Origin: the human T2T-CHM13v2.0 reference genome, Homo sapiens | Reading direction: 5' to 3' (one strand) | DNA length: 64,000 bases | Assembly (NCBI RefSeq): GCF_009914755.1 | Contig: NC_060947.1 | Part shown: one piece after another, positions 31,685 through 49,179 of the stretch | How the letters are laid out: the number at the start of each line of letters is the position of its first letter | Numbering within the stretch: the first letter of the stretch is position 1 | Notes under the pieces: generated by a model | Database searches by the model: none | What the model saw: the letters and a program-made list of their open reading frames with translations, nothing else | What the model was told of the DNA's origin: nothing | Program-made: the position numbers and the translations under genes

Positions 31685-33526
31685 TTAATAATTTCAATTA
31701 AATAAAAGTTAGGAGCTGATAAAACCGTTTGAGGGTTTATTTAAAGGGGAGCATGTTATTGGCATGCTGACCAATAACACTGGGAATGTAATGTATCATG
31801 ACATGTCAGATAACACAAACAAGGACAGTTTTTGGAAAATCATAAATAACAAAATAGAAGGAGTGTAAAATGGAAGAAGCATCAAGGGGTGGTTGGTACA
31901 ATAAGATATTAACTCTGAGAAAGTTTTCTAACTCATCACTTAACATTATGAATACTGAATTGGGATGACCACAATACTAGCTTCTGTATGACTCCTTAAA
32001 TATTGATATTGGAAATGTGCACCACATGATAACCAATATTTTAAGGTGGGGGCAAAATAGCTGCTGGTATGAATCTCTAGAAAGATTAACTTGAAAACTG
32101 TCTTGTGTAACAAAAGGAAAGGAGAACATCTGGGAGGAGAAAGGAAATTTCCTAGAAATGGGAAATGTGGCCATAATGTGATTTCTTTCTATAACCCATG
32201 TATGCAAAAACATTTATCTCCTTTTACTCTAGTCACACTATGTTTGTGGCTTGCATGAGTAAGAAAGCTAGATGAGGAGATAATTGTTCAGCAAAAGAAT
32301 TATAGAGTTGAAATCAGTGAAGTGAATGGTATTTTATAGCAAAGAGATCCCTAAAAGTAGGTGGCATAAAGAATAGATGCAAAAAAGTATTGCTTTCTCT
32401 TCGAGTTCTAAAGACCTCTGTTGATGACGTTTTGCTCATTTAAATTCCAGAGAATAATTGGAAACAGAGACTTTATGCGACAGAGCTTTCATTTAACTTG
32501 TTCACCTGACAGTTGGCTTTGAATGATATTTTATTACCAATCAACCTAAATTAAAATACCCAGCTCACTGTAAAACCCTGCAGACAGTGTCTGGAATGCT
32601 AAAACACATACCATATATAAATAAAATTAAGGTAAGGACAAAGATTGACAAAAGCAATGACAGTGAACATTAACATGATATCAGCAGCTTTGAGCTTCTA
32701 TCAACAATGTGGACCATGATGAAGTTACCAGAGAGGGCAGTATAGATGGATTTTCTAACTTGCATTTATCAGAAGAGATTTTCACTTTTCAATCTTAACT
32801 ATGTCTTATACCTTTTAATAAAGATGTGGTATCAAACATCGAACATATATGTCTGTACCTACATGTAAATATATATGCATGTGTGTATATGCATAGCCAT
32901 AGCTATCCATCCATCCATCCCAAAGTTCATCTCTCCAAGGTGCTAGTCCACATAATTGCGTTCAGTTCTTCTCTGGTCTTTGTATAAATGTGTACTTAAG
33001 GACTTTGTGGATAGTGCGTGATATAAATATGGTTCAGGCCCATCAAAATGCAGATTATAGGATCCGGTGAACTTTTCCTTACCAAATAACTGAATTCCTG
33101 AATGTTGTATTATTATAAAATTACAAAAGTTTCAAACTTACTGCTATTCTCTAATTACTTCTATAGAGTGATTATTATATGGGATCACCAGATGATCATG
33201 GTCTGTCATGCTATTGCTATCTTTCTTCATAAATATATAATTTATCAAAGCTTAATTATATTATTATCCAATAAATGAATGATAGAATAATTATGGTTAT
33301 GTGGTTCATTACGTTATGTCCCATTCTCTGACTGAAGCCTCTCAGTTTCATATCTTTGTTGTGTAGACTATTTATGACAAGTTAAATCTGTTCTCTGGAA
33401 CTTAGTGTCATCGTCTATTAAAATGAAGGGTTGGATTTCAATTAAATAATTCATAAATTTCCTGTCAGCTCTAAAATTCTATGTTCCATTGATTATCCTC
33501 AAACTATTATACAAGTTCATAAGGCC

Positions 33527-33531
<5 letters not shown>

Positions 33532-33578
<47 letters not shown>

Positions 33579-33587
33579 GATAGATAA

Positions 33588-33618
<31 letters not shown>

Positions 33619-33620
33619 TA
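33532..33620. repeat. (AT)21 plus (GATA)n compound microsatellite
   Basis: Read directly from the sequence. Confidence 0.95.
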
Positions 33621-36600
33621 CTAGAAGGCCTTATGATTAGAAGGCCATATGTGTATATGTATATATACACACACACACATATATATATGTATGTATAGTG
33701 TTCAGTTCTTCTCTGGTCTTTGTATAAATATGTTTTATATATATATTTTAAAACACTATATTAATGTGCATGAATTGAGAACTGCTGTGGTATCTAAACT
33801 CCTTTCTGCTTGACTCTATGATGAGAGATGAATGAATTTGGAAATATTTAGTCCAAGAAAAGAAAAAGTGTGGGGATAATCAGTCTTCAGGTTTATGATG
33901 AATTGTGACTAGCTTTCACTCTCTTGTAAATGATAGACAAAGAGAGAACAAACTGTACCAAATCTCAGAATGCATAATGTGATAGTGCATTAAAAAATGC
34001 TGTAGAAGCTGGAGATACTTAGGGAAGGTAGTCATTTGATGCAAAATATCAGTTAATCTCCTCTCTAGTGTGCTTTAAAGCCAGGGAATCTAAAATGGGG
34101 GAAGCCAAGGAGGAGTAGAGTTGTTTCTCACTGTTCAACAGGAAGGCACTTTATGTATTTTCTTATATATTAATTATTTCTGAGCTATTTCTCCTAAGAG
34201 AAAACCCTTAGATTTGGCCTACAGAAGATGTACTTATCATTGGCCTTTAATGATACAGACATTGCCATTGCTACCAAAGTTAGTTTATATGTACAAGGTT
34301 ATATTTAATTAGCTTATGTAGATCAAAATGCAAGGACAGAACCTAATCCCTCCTCTTCCTCTGTACTAATCAATTTATAATCTGAATGTGTCAGAATTCA
34401 GATTATGAATTATGTTGTATCTATTAATCCTTGTAACCACAGCACATTTTATAAAAATATACATACTTTGATTCTAAATGATAATATAGTGCACGTTCAA
34501 AACCGAGTAAGTCACAGTTGGTGGGCACAGAGACATTGGTAATAATGGGATCCTCCAGCTAGCACCAAGTCTCTGTTTTTTCTTTAATGTTATATGATGA
34601 AGGTAATAATAGGTGGCCAGTAAGGATAAAAAGCCACCCAAGAAAGAACCAGTCTTAAACTTGGCTCTTTTGCTTTTTTCAAGTTTTCTCATAATATATT
34701 CAATTCCATGTAAATATTGCAAACAGCTGAATTGCACACATTAACCTAAACATGAATAAAAAATGTTGATATTTTATTTAACCTAAAAATAGTAGTTATG
34801 GATAGGCTGCTTTTATGATTATCGTCTTTAAAATATATCATTTTACATTGGGAATATAGGGAGGATTGTCACCGTTATTGTATAATAAGAAAATTTGTTT
34901 TGAGTACATTAAAAATACAGTAGATGATTATTGCAATATAAGGGGAAAAGTTGTTTGCTTTTGACAGTCTGTCAGATGTAGCCTAGGAAGACAAGTATGG
35001 TAGCTGCTTTATATAAAACAGTAGGAGAAGGACACAAGCTCAAAGAAATTTTACCTAGCTGCTGTTATTAAAGAAATTCTTTTATAGAATAGAGGCTGGT
35101 TTTTTTTTTCATCTTTCCGTTTTTGCTTCCATCTCTGAATCCTTTGCTTTCATATGGCATGCAAAGCGTCTGTGCATGGCAGCCTGTAACTTCTGTTATT
35201 TAAACTGCCAACTGTTAAAATGGATTGAGTTGAACCAGAGGAGGAAAATAGCCCCACTGAGGCAAATGCATTTTTACACCCTTCTTTAATAAAATATTGT
35301 AAGGTATAGCTAGAAAGTTTCCCCTTGGACTTTCATCTAAAACTGTTAGATTGTAGCTTTGTGAAAGAATCATTGTTGACTCCTGTCAGACAGTTTTGGA
35401 GAGGAGGTGAAGAGGCTTGTCTTCTGACTTTCTGTGCACTTTGTCAAATCAGGTACTTTGAGCAGAAGTACGAAGTGAAGGCTGATGTCAGAGAATGCCT
35501 TGAAGCAGGAACTTGTGCTAGTCTCCTGTGACTTCCTTTTTTTTTTTTTTAAGGAATCAGATTGGATTGTAAAATGATGGGAATATGACTGGACATAAAC
35601 ACGTTCATTGCAGGCTCAGCAGCCGTTACATATCATTAGTGAAGGGAGGCAAGGGGCAAGGGGGACCATTTTGATGTCAGTTTCATTCTTTTTAAAGACA
35701 AATGCATTCACTGATGAGAAGTAAACCAGCATCTGTAAAATTTTACAGACAAGTAATATTTTAATGCCTTCTTTTCCTGTAGATAAACGTATAACTTTTC
35801 AATAATCATTAATATAAACTGAAATAATGAGTAATTGTGTTAAATACCCATAATGTTGGAGCTGCTTTTAAGGAAACCAGTTATGAAGCAACTGTAACAT
35901 CAAGATCAGTATATTTCTGTTCCAAAATAGTCTGTTTCATAGACTCAGTACATAGCTTGCTGTTATGCCACTTCGGCCACAGTTAATGCCAAAATCTAAA
36001 ATTTTAAAGGTGATAATGCTTTTTAATAAGAAATATAATTTGGCCTTAACTTTCCCCTTATAAAAGGCCATATTCCATACACATCAACTCAAAAGTTTGT
36101 CCCATTTTCTGACTTTTCTTTTTCTTTATTTGCCAAAGAATCTCTGTAATTGGCTTGCTCTGCAAAGCATTTTATTTGCCCTTCTGAACATTAACTATTT
36201 TAAAGATCCGAGTGTATTATGGCAGGGAACACAAGATTTTACTTCAACCCCTTCTATGCCCTCCTCTCTACTAAATTAATTATTTCTGTTTTGAGTGTTC
36301 CAGGGAAAGAGTAAAATTGTTAAGGTATAACAGGTACCAACGAGTCATCCAAACAGAAGTGCCATTCCAGGAAAGTACAGTATCTGTGTGCCCAGCATGG
36401 ATCTTGGCCCTGCCCTACTTTTAAGCTTCTAACATATCTTCGTAGTCATTTCTTCTGTATTGTGATTTTTTTTTAAGTGAGCACTTTTAGATGTCCCATA
36501 TGGTTTAAACCAAATCAGAAATTCATGTCCTTAATGTTTCGTTAGTCAGAATAATTAAGTTGATAGTTCGGGGAGCAGTGGAAGCAAAATAATGGGGTCA

Positions 36601-37066
36601 TTGAAGCAGTCAAGCTCTAATGGGAACCTGAGCTCATTCAGATACCAAATCTAATAATTGTTCTACACCTGTATGCCCAGTCCCATTGAGCAAATTCACA
36701 TTAAAGGTTTAGTGGAACAGTTTCAATGCTGTGGTCCAAAGGGACTTGCTACTGTTTTCACAAGAAAGCACTGAATATTTTTTGGCAATATATATATATA
36801 TTTTTTGTGATGTGTTAACTAAGCTCTGTGCATGTATGTTGGTGCCCTATCCCTACCTAGAGAGGAAGAAAAGGGAGAGATGTATTTTCAGGAATGTTTT
36901 TCTTACCATTTAGGGTTAATAAAGATACTCTCAAGCATTTGCCACCTGGAAGCAATAATATGAGATGATTAAACTCACTGGATAGTTTGGGGAGAGGGGG
37001 AGTTTGGTTAATCTATGCAACCAACTAGAAATGAAGTTCACTTAACCCTTTTTCTTCATAAAATAA

Positions 37067-37454
<388 letters not shown>

Positions 37455-38562
37455 TAAGCATTGTGTAGTAATGCACTGTTTCATTTCTCCTGTGTCACTA
37501 TATGACTGTAACAACAAACTGACTGCCTTTGATTCTCCTGTAAGATATCTAAAGAGAGTTGACAAACCTAAAAAAATTAAAGGTCTAAAGAGTGGAACTA
37601 TGAATTTAATTCTGCCGTAAACTGACCATTGAACTGACCTATCTCCAATAGAACTCCCTCATTGGAGGATTCAAAGCACACAGGAAAATTAAACGATTTG
37701 CAATTTACCTTTAACAACTATGAAATACAGATCTGACCAGCTTTCTTTATCAAAAAAGGCAATCAAAGCTGAATTCACTTACCTAAAGAATAGTTCTAAT
37801 ACACATGAAGGTATTCATTCAAATGACTCTTGTGCTCTAATATTTTTATTTCCTTTGGGGAATTCAAAAATCATTTACCAAATGTCTCTTATATTACAGG
37901 TACCAAAAAAAAAAAAGATTTAAATTGCAGTTGCTGCCTTTCCAGAGCTCACGATAAAATGGGGGAAGATAGATCGCACAGGGACAATCACAGTATAAAG
38001 CTCAAGCTGAATCTTAACAGATGAGTAGGAGTTTCTTGGGTAGGAAAAGAAAAAGGAAGAGAAGCATGATCCAAGAAAGGGAACAGCATTTATGGAGGCA
38101 ATAGGAGAACACAGTATATTCAAGGAAGAGCCAACTGTTAACATTGCTGGAACATAGGTATGAGAGGCTGGAAAGATGAATAGTCATGATAGGCCATGTA
38201 TAATTAGTTCGATTATTTTACTACATGGGTGATAAGGAGCCATTTCAGGCTTAGACTTATGGTAGCATGGCTAGATATACATTGTAGAATGATTATCTTC
38301 TAACGATATAGAAGGCTGATAGGGTAAGGGTGAGGCTAGAGACAGGAGAAATTCAATAGGGATCTATTATAAGAGCCTAAGCAACAGAAGCATAAGGCCT
38401 GCACTAGAGCAGTGACAGTGGAGATAATGCAGAATAAATAGATGCAAAAATGATTCAGGGGTTAGAATTGACTGAACTTATTGAGCAACTGGATATGAGG
38501 ATAAAAAAGGGAAGGATTCTCGGATGATTTATTGATTTATTTTATGATTGCTATATGATAGC

Positions 38563-39030
38563 TGTAGTAATTTTATTAGGGCTGCTGTGACAAAGCACCA
38601 CAAACTGAGTGGCTTAAGCCACAGAAATGTATTGTCTCATAGTTCTAGAGGCTACAAATCCAAGATCAATGAATGGGTTGGCTGTGCCACGCTCCCTGTG
38701 AAGGTGTTAGGGAAGGATATGGCCCAGGCCTCTCTCCTAGCTCCTGGTGGTTTTCTGGCAATCTTTGGCATTCTTTGGCTGGTAGAAGCATCACGTTGAT
38801 CTCTGCTTTCATTTTCACATGGCATCCTCTCTTGGTGTGTGTTTGTCTCCAAATGTTTCCTTTTTCTAGGGACACTAGTCATAAGGGATTAGAGCCCACC
38901 CCAATGACTTCATTTTAACTTGGTTACCTCCATAAAGACCCTATCTCCAAATAAGGTTACCTCATTCTGCTGTACTGGAGCTTCAGAGATCCAATATATG
39001 AATTAAGGGGGACACAATTTAACTTATAAG
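38563..39030 (-). mobile_element. MLT1C-like MaLR LTR
   Basis: ttagggctgctgtgacaaagcaccacaaactgagtggcttaa...gggggacacaatt. Confidence 0.85.
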
Positions 39031-39346
39031 ATGGCTCTAATCATCAAAGTTAGGATATATAAAAAGGAGGGAATAGGATGAAAGGAAATGAAATCAGTTT
39101 AATTTGGATCTGCAGTGTGAGGTAGCTTTGGAACAATCAGGAGAAATATTGAGAAGGTGATTGAAGCTGTAGCTTAGAGCCTGAGAAATGCAGAGTTGAG
39201 ATCCATTAGCATGCAGGAGATAGAATAGTTAGAGCAGTTAAGTTTGGCAATTGGATGAGCATACCCCTGGGAAGTAGCTCATGGAAAGTATAGAGTTAAA
39301 ATATGGGAAAGGGCAAAGAATAAAGTGCTGAAAATTACTAACACGT

Positions 39347-39857
39347 TGTGACCAAACCAAACTGTGTCTGTCTGCACACAAGCAATGGAAAGCCAAACAC
39401 CAAAGCACTGTGTTTTTGCAGTGAGAAAGTTTATTGCCAGGCAGCCAAGCAAGGCGATAGGAGTCAGGTTCAAAGCTGTCTCCCATACTAGCCTTGCAGC
39501 CATGGATGGATTTAAGGGAGAGATTTTGAGGCTGGGATCTGGGGGCTGGACAGTGATTGACTGTAAGGAAAAGGGGGTTGGAAATTCCCTTGGGCATGAG
39601 CTATTGACCATGCACGCTTCTTCATGGGTCTTATGTTCAGAAAATGATCTGAGGGTGGAGATTTTGGCCCTCTGACATCAAAAGGTCACTCACCAGGCAA
39701 GCAAGTCTATTCTGTGCAGACTGCAGTCAGACACATTAATGGGTTCCAACTTGTCCCAGACTGTAAGCCAGTTTTGTTGCAAACTAAGGGAATTGTAACA
39801 AAGTGTTTTGTTCTCTGTTCTCCTGCAAGACAAGCTCAAGAAATTTTGCTACTTACC
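39347..39857 (-). mobile_element. ERV1-type solo LTR, family unresolved
   Basis: tgtgaccaaaccaaact...gtttttgcagtgagaaagtttattg (polyA signal on minus)...ttacca; explains the three overlapping ORFs here. Confidence 0.65.
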
Positions 39858-41839
39858 AAATTCTCAAGGAAAAGGATAGTAGCATAGAAACAGAGAAAGA
39901 TTAAAGAAATAATTTGAGAATGAAGAAAGAATAATAATATACAAGCTAAAAGAAAAGAGAGTTTCATGGAAAGAATAATTGTCAACAGTGTCATGTGCTA
40001 CAGAGAGGTCAAGGAAAATGAAGACTGAAAGAAAAAAATGTTAATACTGACTGCAGAATGTGATATTGATTCAGGATAGGCCAATTCATAAACAAAGTAA
40101 TCATGGAACATACCCTGTATTTTCAATAGAATTTCACTCTACTTGTTACTAGAGAAAAGAATGAATTTATTTATATAGTATAAAATTTTTATACTTATAA
40201 AAATTATATTTTTTCTAGATCATGTAGTTTTTCTAATCCATAAGAAAGTCATATCTCCTATTTTACTGTCTTTCAAAAGGTAGTTAAATAATCCTGACAA
40301 AGGGAATCGTTTAGAAACAATACATACAAATTCTGCCTTGGTCTTGAAATTTTGATATTTATGGTTATGGTATTTTGCGACTAATGTTCAGAATAGGATA
40401 AAATAGGGCATCTCAGAATAAGATTATAATGTGGTTGGTCAGAAGAAAGTCTTCTAAGGAAGTATCTTTCACTTCAAGTCATTGTCTGTTTTTTATGTAG
40501 TTAATGCTGGAGCTCTCAGGGCTGCTAAATGTCATTTTATGTACTACTTCACAATCTAACCATACATATTAACCTTTTCCTTCAACACCCCTAAGAACAG
40601 AAAGCTGTCTCTAGAACCAGCTTTAAAGATTCACAGTTAGACCCAGAGTAAAAGAACAGATTGAAAAGATAGTTTGTAAACTATTTATTGTCCTGCACGA
40701 ATATGTATATATGGGAACAAATGACATATTTCTATGTCTATAAATCCTTGTAAAAGTTTTATTCAGAGAAAGAATCAGCATGTATTTACTACATGGCTAT
40801 TTAATATCGAGAAAGCTAATAAAGAGGTAGAAGAGGCTCATTCTCTGCCATCCCAGAACTCTCCTCTTAGAAAGGCAATATCTGAAATGATAGTGAGCAG
40901 TACGAAATTGGCTATAATTGAAAGCTGAATTGTGTGAAACAAGCTAAGTTTGTGCTATTGGAGTCGAGAGGAGAGAAAGATCAGCGAAGGCTAGAGGGAT
41001 CGGGAAGGTGGGATTTGAGTTGGGCTTTGAAGGATAAGTAGTCTTGAATGGAGGGGAAGGAGAAGGCAAAGTGGGTACATAAGCACAAATCTGGAAGATA
41101 TATAGATGTGTTTGTGGAACAGTTGTGAAGCCAACCTAACTAGATTCAAGGGGGAATAGTAGAGAATGGGAGAAAATCTGATTGGATAGAGTGGGATCTG
41201 TGTAAAAACAAACAATTTTTAAAAACCCAGAAAATATGTACTCCATGAATCTCTCCTGTACTTTTTTAGCTGCCACAAATTTTGGGGCCAAATTTATTAC
41301 ACATGTATTCTAATCTGCCGAAGCTACATCCTTTAGTGTGAATCTGTTCACTTTTATCTTCATATGTCTTCTCTTGCAGTGAATTTTAATCTGAGTCCCT
41401 GAAAGTTAACTTGTTACCATTTTTATTGTTGTTTTTGTCTTTTCTTCACCACTTCAAATTAGGATTGAACCAGATTAGTCTTGTTTAAATCCACTGCAGC
41501 CTTTTGAGCTGGGGAGTACGGTCTCTTTGAGAAAACTGTTTTCTTTCTTTTTTTTTTTTTTTAGAACTAAGCATTTGTTGCAGTTTATTGGCACTGCATA
41601 TTTTTATTTTTATTTATTTTTATTTATTTTTATTATTATACTTTAAGTTTTAGGGTACATGTGCACATTGTGCAGGTTAGTTACATACGTATACATGTGC
41701 CGTGCTGGTGTGCTGCACCCACTAACTCGTCATCTAGCATTAGGTATATCTCCCAATGCTATCCCTCCCCGCTCCCCCCACCCCACAACAGTCCCCAGAG
41801 TGTGATGTTCCCCTTCCTGTGTCCATGTCATCTCATTGT

Positions 41840-45663
<3,824 letters not shown>

Positions 45664-45726
45664 TATGATGTTAGCTGGTTATTTTGCTCGTTAGTTGATG
45701 CAGTTTCTTCCTAGTCTCGATGGTCT

Positions 45727-46746
45727 TTACATTTTAGCATGATTTTGCAGCGGCTGGTACCGGTTGTTCCTTTCCATGTTTAGCGCTTCCTTCAGGAGCT
45801 CTTTTAGGGCAGGCCTGGTGGTGACAAAATCTCTCAGCATTTGCTTGTCTGTAAAGTATTTTATTTCTCCTTCACTTATGAAGCTTAGTTTGGCTGGATA
45901 TGAAATTCTGGGTTGAAAATTCTTTTCTTTCTTTAAGAATGTTGAATACTGGCCCCCACTCTCTTCTGGCTTGTAGGGTTTCTGCCGAGAGATCCGCTGT
46001 TAGTCTGATGGGCTTCCCTTTGAGGGTAACCCGACCTTTCTCTCTGGCTGCCCTTAACATTTTTTCCTTCATTTCAGCTTTGGTGAATCTGACAATTATG
46101 TGTCTTGGAGTTGCTCTTCTCGAGGAGTATCTTTGTGGCGTTCTCTGTATTTCCTGAATCTGAACGTTGGCCTGCCTTGCTAGATTGGGGAAATTCTCCT
46201 GGATAATATCCTGCAGAGTGTTTTCCAACTTGGTTCCATTCTCCCCATCATTTCAGGTACACCAATCAGACGTAGATTTGGTCTTTTCACATAGTCCCAT
46301 ATTTCTTGGAGGCTTTGCTCGTTTCTTTTTATTCTTTTTTCTCTAAACTTTCCTTCTCGCTTCATTTCATTCATTTCATCTTCCATTGCTGATACCCTTT
46401 CTTCCAGTTGATCGCATCGGCTCCTGAGGCTTCTGCATTCTTCACATAGTTCTCGAGCTTTGGTCTTCAGCTCCATCAGCTCCTTTAAGCACTTCTCTGT
46501 ATTGGTTATTCTAGTTATACATTCTTCTAAATTTTTTTCAAAGTTTTCAACTTCTTTGCCTTTGGTTTGAATATCCTCCCGTAGCTCAGAGTAATTTGAT
46601 CGTCTGAAGTCTTCTTCTCTCAGCTCGTCGAAGTCATTCTCTGTCCAGCTTTGTTCTGCTGCTGGTGAGGAGCTGCGTTCCTTTGGAGGAGGAGAGACAC
46701 TCTGATTTTTAGAGTTTCCAGTTTTTCTATTCTGTTTTTTCCCCAT
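45727..46746 (-). pseudogene. L1 ORF1p, disrupted
   Basis: Starts MGKKQNRKTGNSK. A 1-bp deletion near 46250 gives a stop at 46180, and there is a 4-bp GAAA duplication near 45925. Span is 1020 nt versus 1017 for the consensus. Confidence 0.93.
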
Positions 46747-49179
46747 CTTTGTGGTTTTATCTACTTTTGGTCTTTGATGATGGTGATGTACAGATGGGTT
46801 TTTGGTGTGGATGTCCTTTCTGTTTGTTAGTTTTCCTTCTAACAGACAGGACCCTCAGCTGCAGGTCTGTTGGAGTACCCTGCAGTGTGAGGTGTCAGTG
46901 TGCCCCTGCTGGAGGGTGCCTCCCAGTTAGGCTGCTCGGGGGTCAGGGGTCAGGGACCCACTTGAGGAGGCAGTCTGCCCGTTCTCAGATCTCCAGCTGC
47001 ATGTTGGGAGAACCACTGCTTTCTTCAAAGCTGTCAGACTGGGATATTTAAGTCTGCAGAGGTTACTGCTGTCTTTTTGTTTGTCTGTGCCCTGCCCCCA
47101 GAGGTGGAGCCTACAGAGGCAGGCAGGCCTCCTTGAGCTGTGGTGGGCTCCACCCAGTTCGAGCTTCCTGGCTGCTTTGTTTACCTAAGCAAGCCTGGGC
47201 AATGGTGGGCGCCCCTCCCCCAGCCTCGCTGCCGCCTTGCAGTTTGATCTCAGACTGCTGTGCTAGCAATCAGCGAGACTCGGTGGGGTAGGGCCCTCCG
47301 AGCCAGGTGCGGGATATAATCTCGTGGTGCGCCATTTTTTAAGCCCTTCGGAAAAGCGCAGTATTCGGGTGGGAGTGACCCGATTTTCCAGGTGCCGTCC
47401 GTCACCCCTTTCTTTGATTAGGAAAGGGAGCTCCCTGACCCCTTGGGCTTCCCGAGTGAGGCAATGCCTCGCCCTGCTTTGGCTCGCGCACGGTGCGTGC
47501 ACCCACTGACCTGCGCCCACTGTCTGGCACTCCCTAGTGAGATGAACCCGGTACCTCAGATGGAAATGCAGAAATCACCTGTCTTCTGCGTCGCTCAGGC
47601 TGGGAGCTGTAGACCGGAGCTGTTCATATTCGGCCATCTTCGAGAAGACTGTTTTCAAAGCTGGATTAGAGATTGACTAGAAAGGAAGAAAGCCTGAGTA
47701 TAGTGATTAGTCTACCCAATGCATTGTTTCTCAAATTTTAGGTGTAGTAAAAGGGATCTGTGGATACATTTTAATGAGAACCTAATAATTTTGGGTCCCC
47801 AGTAATCGACTTAGACTTACTTTTAATATATTGTTGCTTAAATATAAAAATAGGCATAAACTCTATATGCTTTAAGAATTTTAATAAAACAGATAAAACT
47901 AAAATTAATGTTCACTTAATGTGCCTACTGATTCTAGATTTAATAGTAGAGCTTCAGATCCACTTATACCTTTTTTTGACCTTATCATTACAAATGCAGA
48001 ACATCCCTGTTGTATAAGTAGGCTGAACAAAGTGGTACTAGTACCATCAGTCAACATTTTGTGATAGAATTCAGGGTCATCAGACTCCATACCAAATGAA
48101 AATTTTGGTGGAGAGCAACTCTCAAATTCCAGTTTTAATAGGATGTCTGCTCCAGAACCTTGTAAAGTTGTGTTGCTCACATGAAGAGAAGGCTAGGATT
48201 GGAATATAACATGGGTATTTAATCCATTTACTGCTGGAATCAGGAAGCAAAAAAGTATTCAGTACATATTTACCACTCAATTTTTAGATAGTGAACAATT
48301 GCAAGTTGGTCCACAAGGATTACATCCGTATAATACAACTGATCATGTCCTGAAGACGGTACTGACTGTTATGTCACAGTTCTCATATGTCCAGCTTGCC
48401 TAGACTGTTGTGTGAAAGAGCATTGCACCCTGTGATGACTCAAGTCTCTGAAAAATTTTCTCTCTTCAAATTATCATGAAACCTTCATTAGTACAGTGCA
48501 CAATAATGTTGCTTGGCTTTTACGTAATATAAAAGCAAATATATATAAGCCTTTTTGTATATCAGTGATCAGTACACTAGTCACTCATAAGGTGATGATG
48601 CAGGGTATCCTTATGTAAACACTTTTTACTGTACCATAAAGTGAAAACACAAAACTGTAAATATACCCTGTTTTAAGAAATAATGCCCTAGTGAGCTCCA
48701 CTGACTTTTTTTTTTTTTTTAATGAAATTGGCTGCAACATTGGGAATTACATCATGTAATTAATATCTTTGTTACATTGGGCTCTTTTAGAACAGAAACT
48801 TACTCTGGACCCCTTAAGAAACAAAATGAATTTTACTTCCTTCTGTGTGTCTGTTCTTTTCTATTTATCTTTCAACTGGCTTACTGCCCTATTGAGTAGT
48901 GCCTTTCATCACAAATCATGCCATGTGTTACCTATGAATTGGCTGCCCCTGAAGGAAACTGATGTCCATAATGGTCCCTTCATTGGCCACTGTTGAGGGG
49001 GAAAAAGCCTATTTAGTACTGCTTTCCTAAGTAAAAAAAAAAAAAACTATTGAGGGTGATGGTTTCAGCTAGAAGTGGTGTTGGGTACATCGGGCACAAT
49101 GACCTGAGGCAACTGTTTGCACTCTAAGAAAATATCACCCCTTTCAGGGTCATGGGAAATCCAAGTGTAAGTTATATTC

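Larger units (their letters stand above)
37940..40030 (-). mobile_element. L2 remnant interrupted by two LTRs
   Basis: Purine-rich L2 motifs on both sides of the LTRs (ggcctgcactagagcagtgacagtggagata; gtcaacagtgtcatgtgctacagagaggtcaagg). Confidence 0.6.

Noticed and set aside
39238-39675. Three overlapping ORFs of 100-120 aa
   Set aside because: Overlap an LTR; chance open frames.
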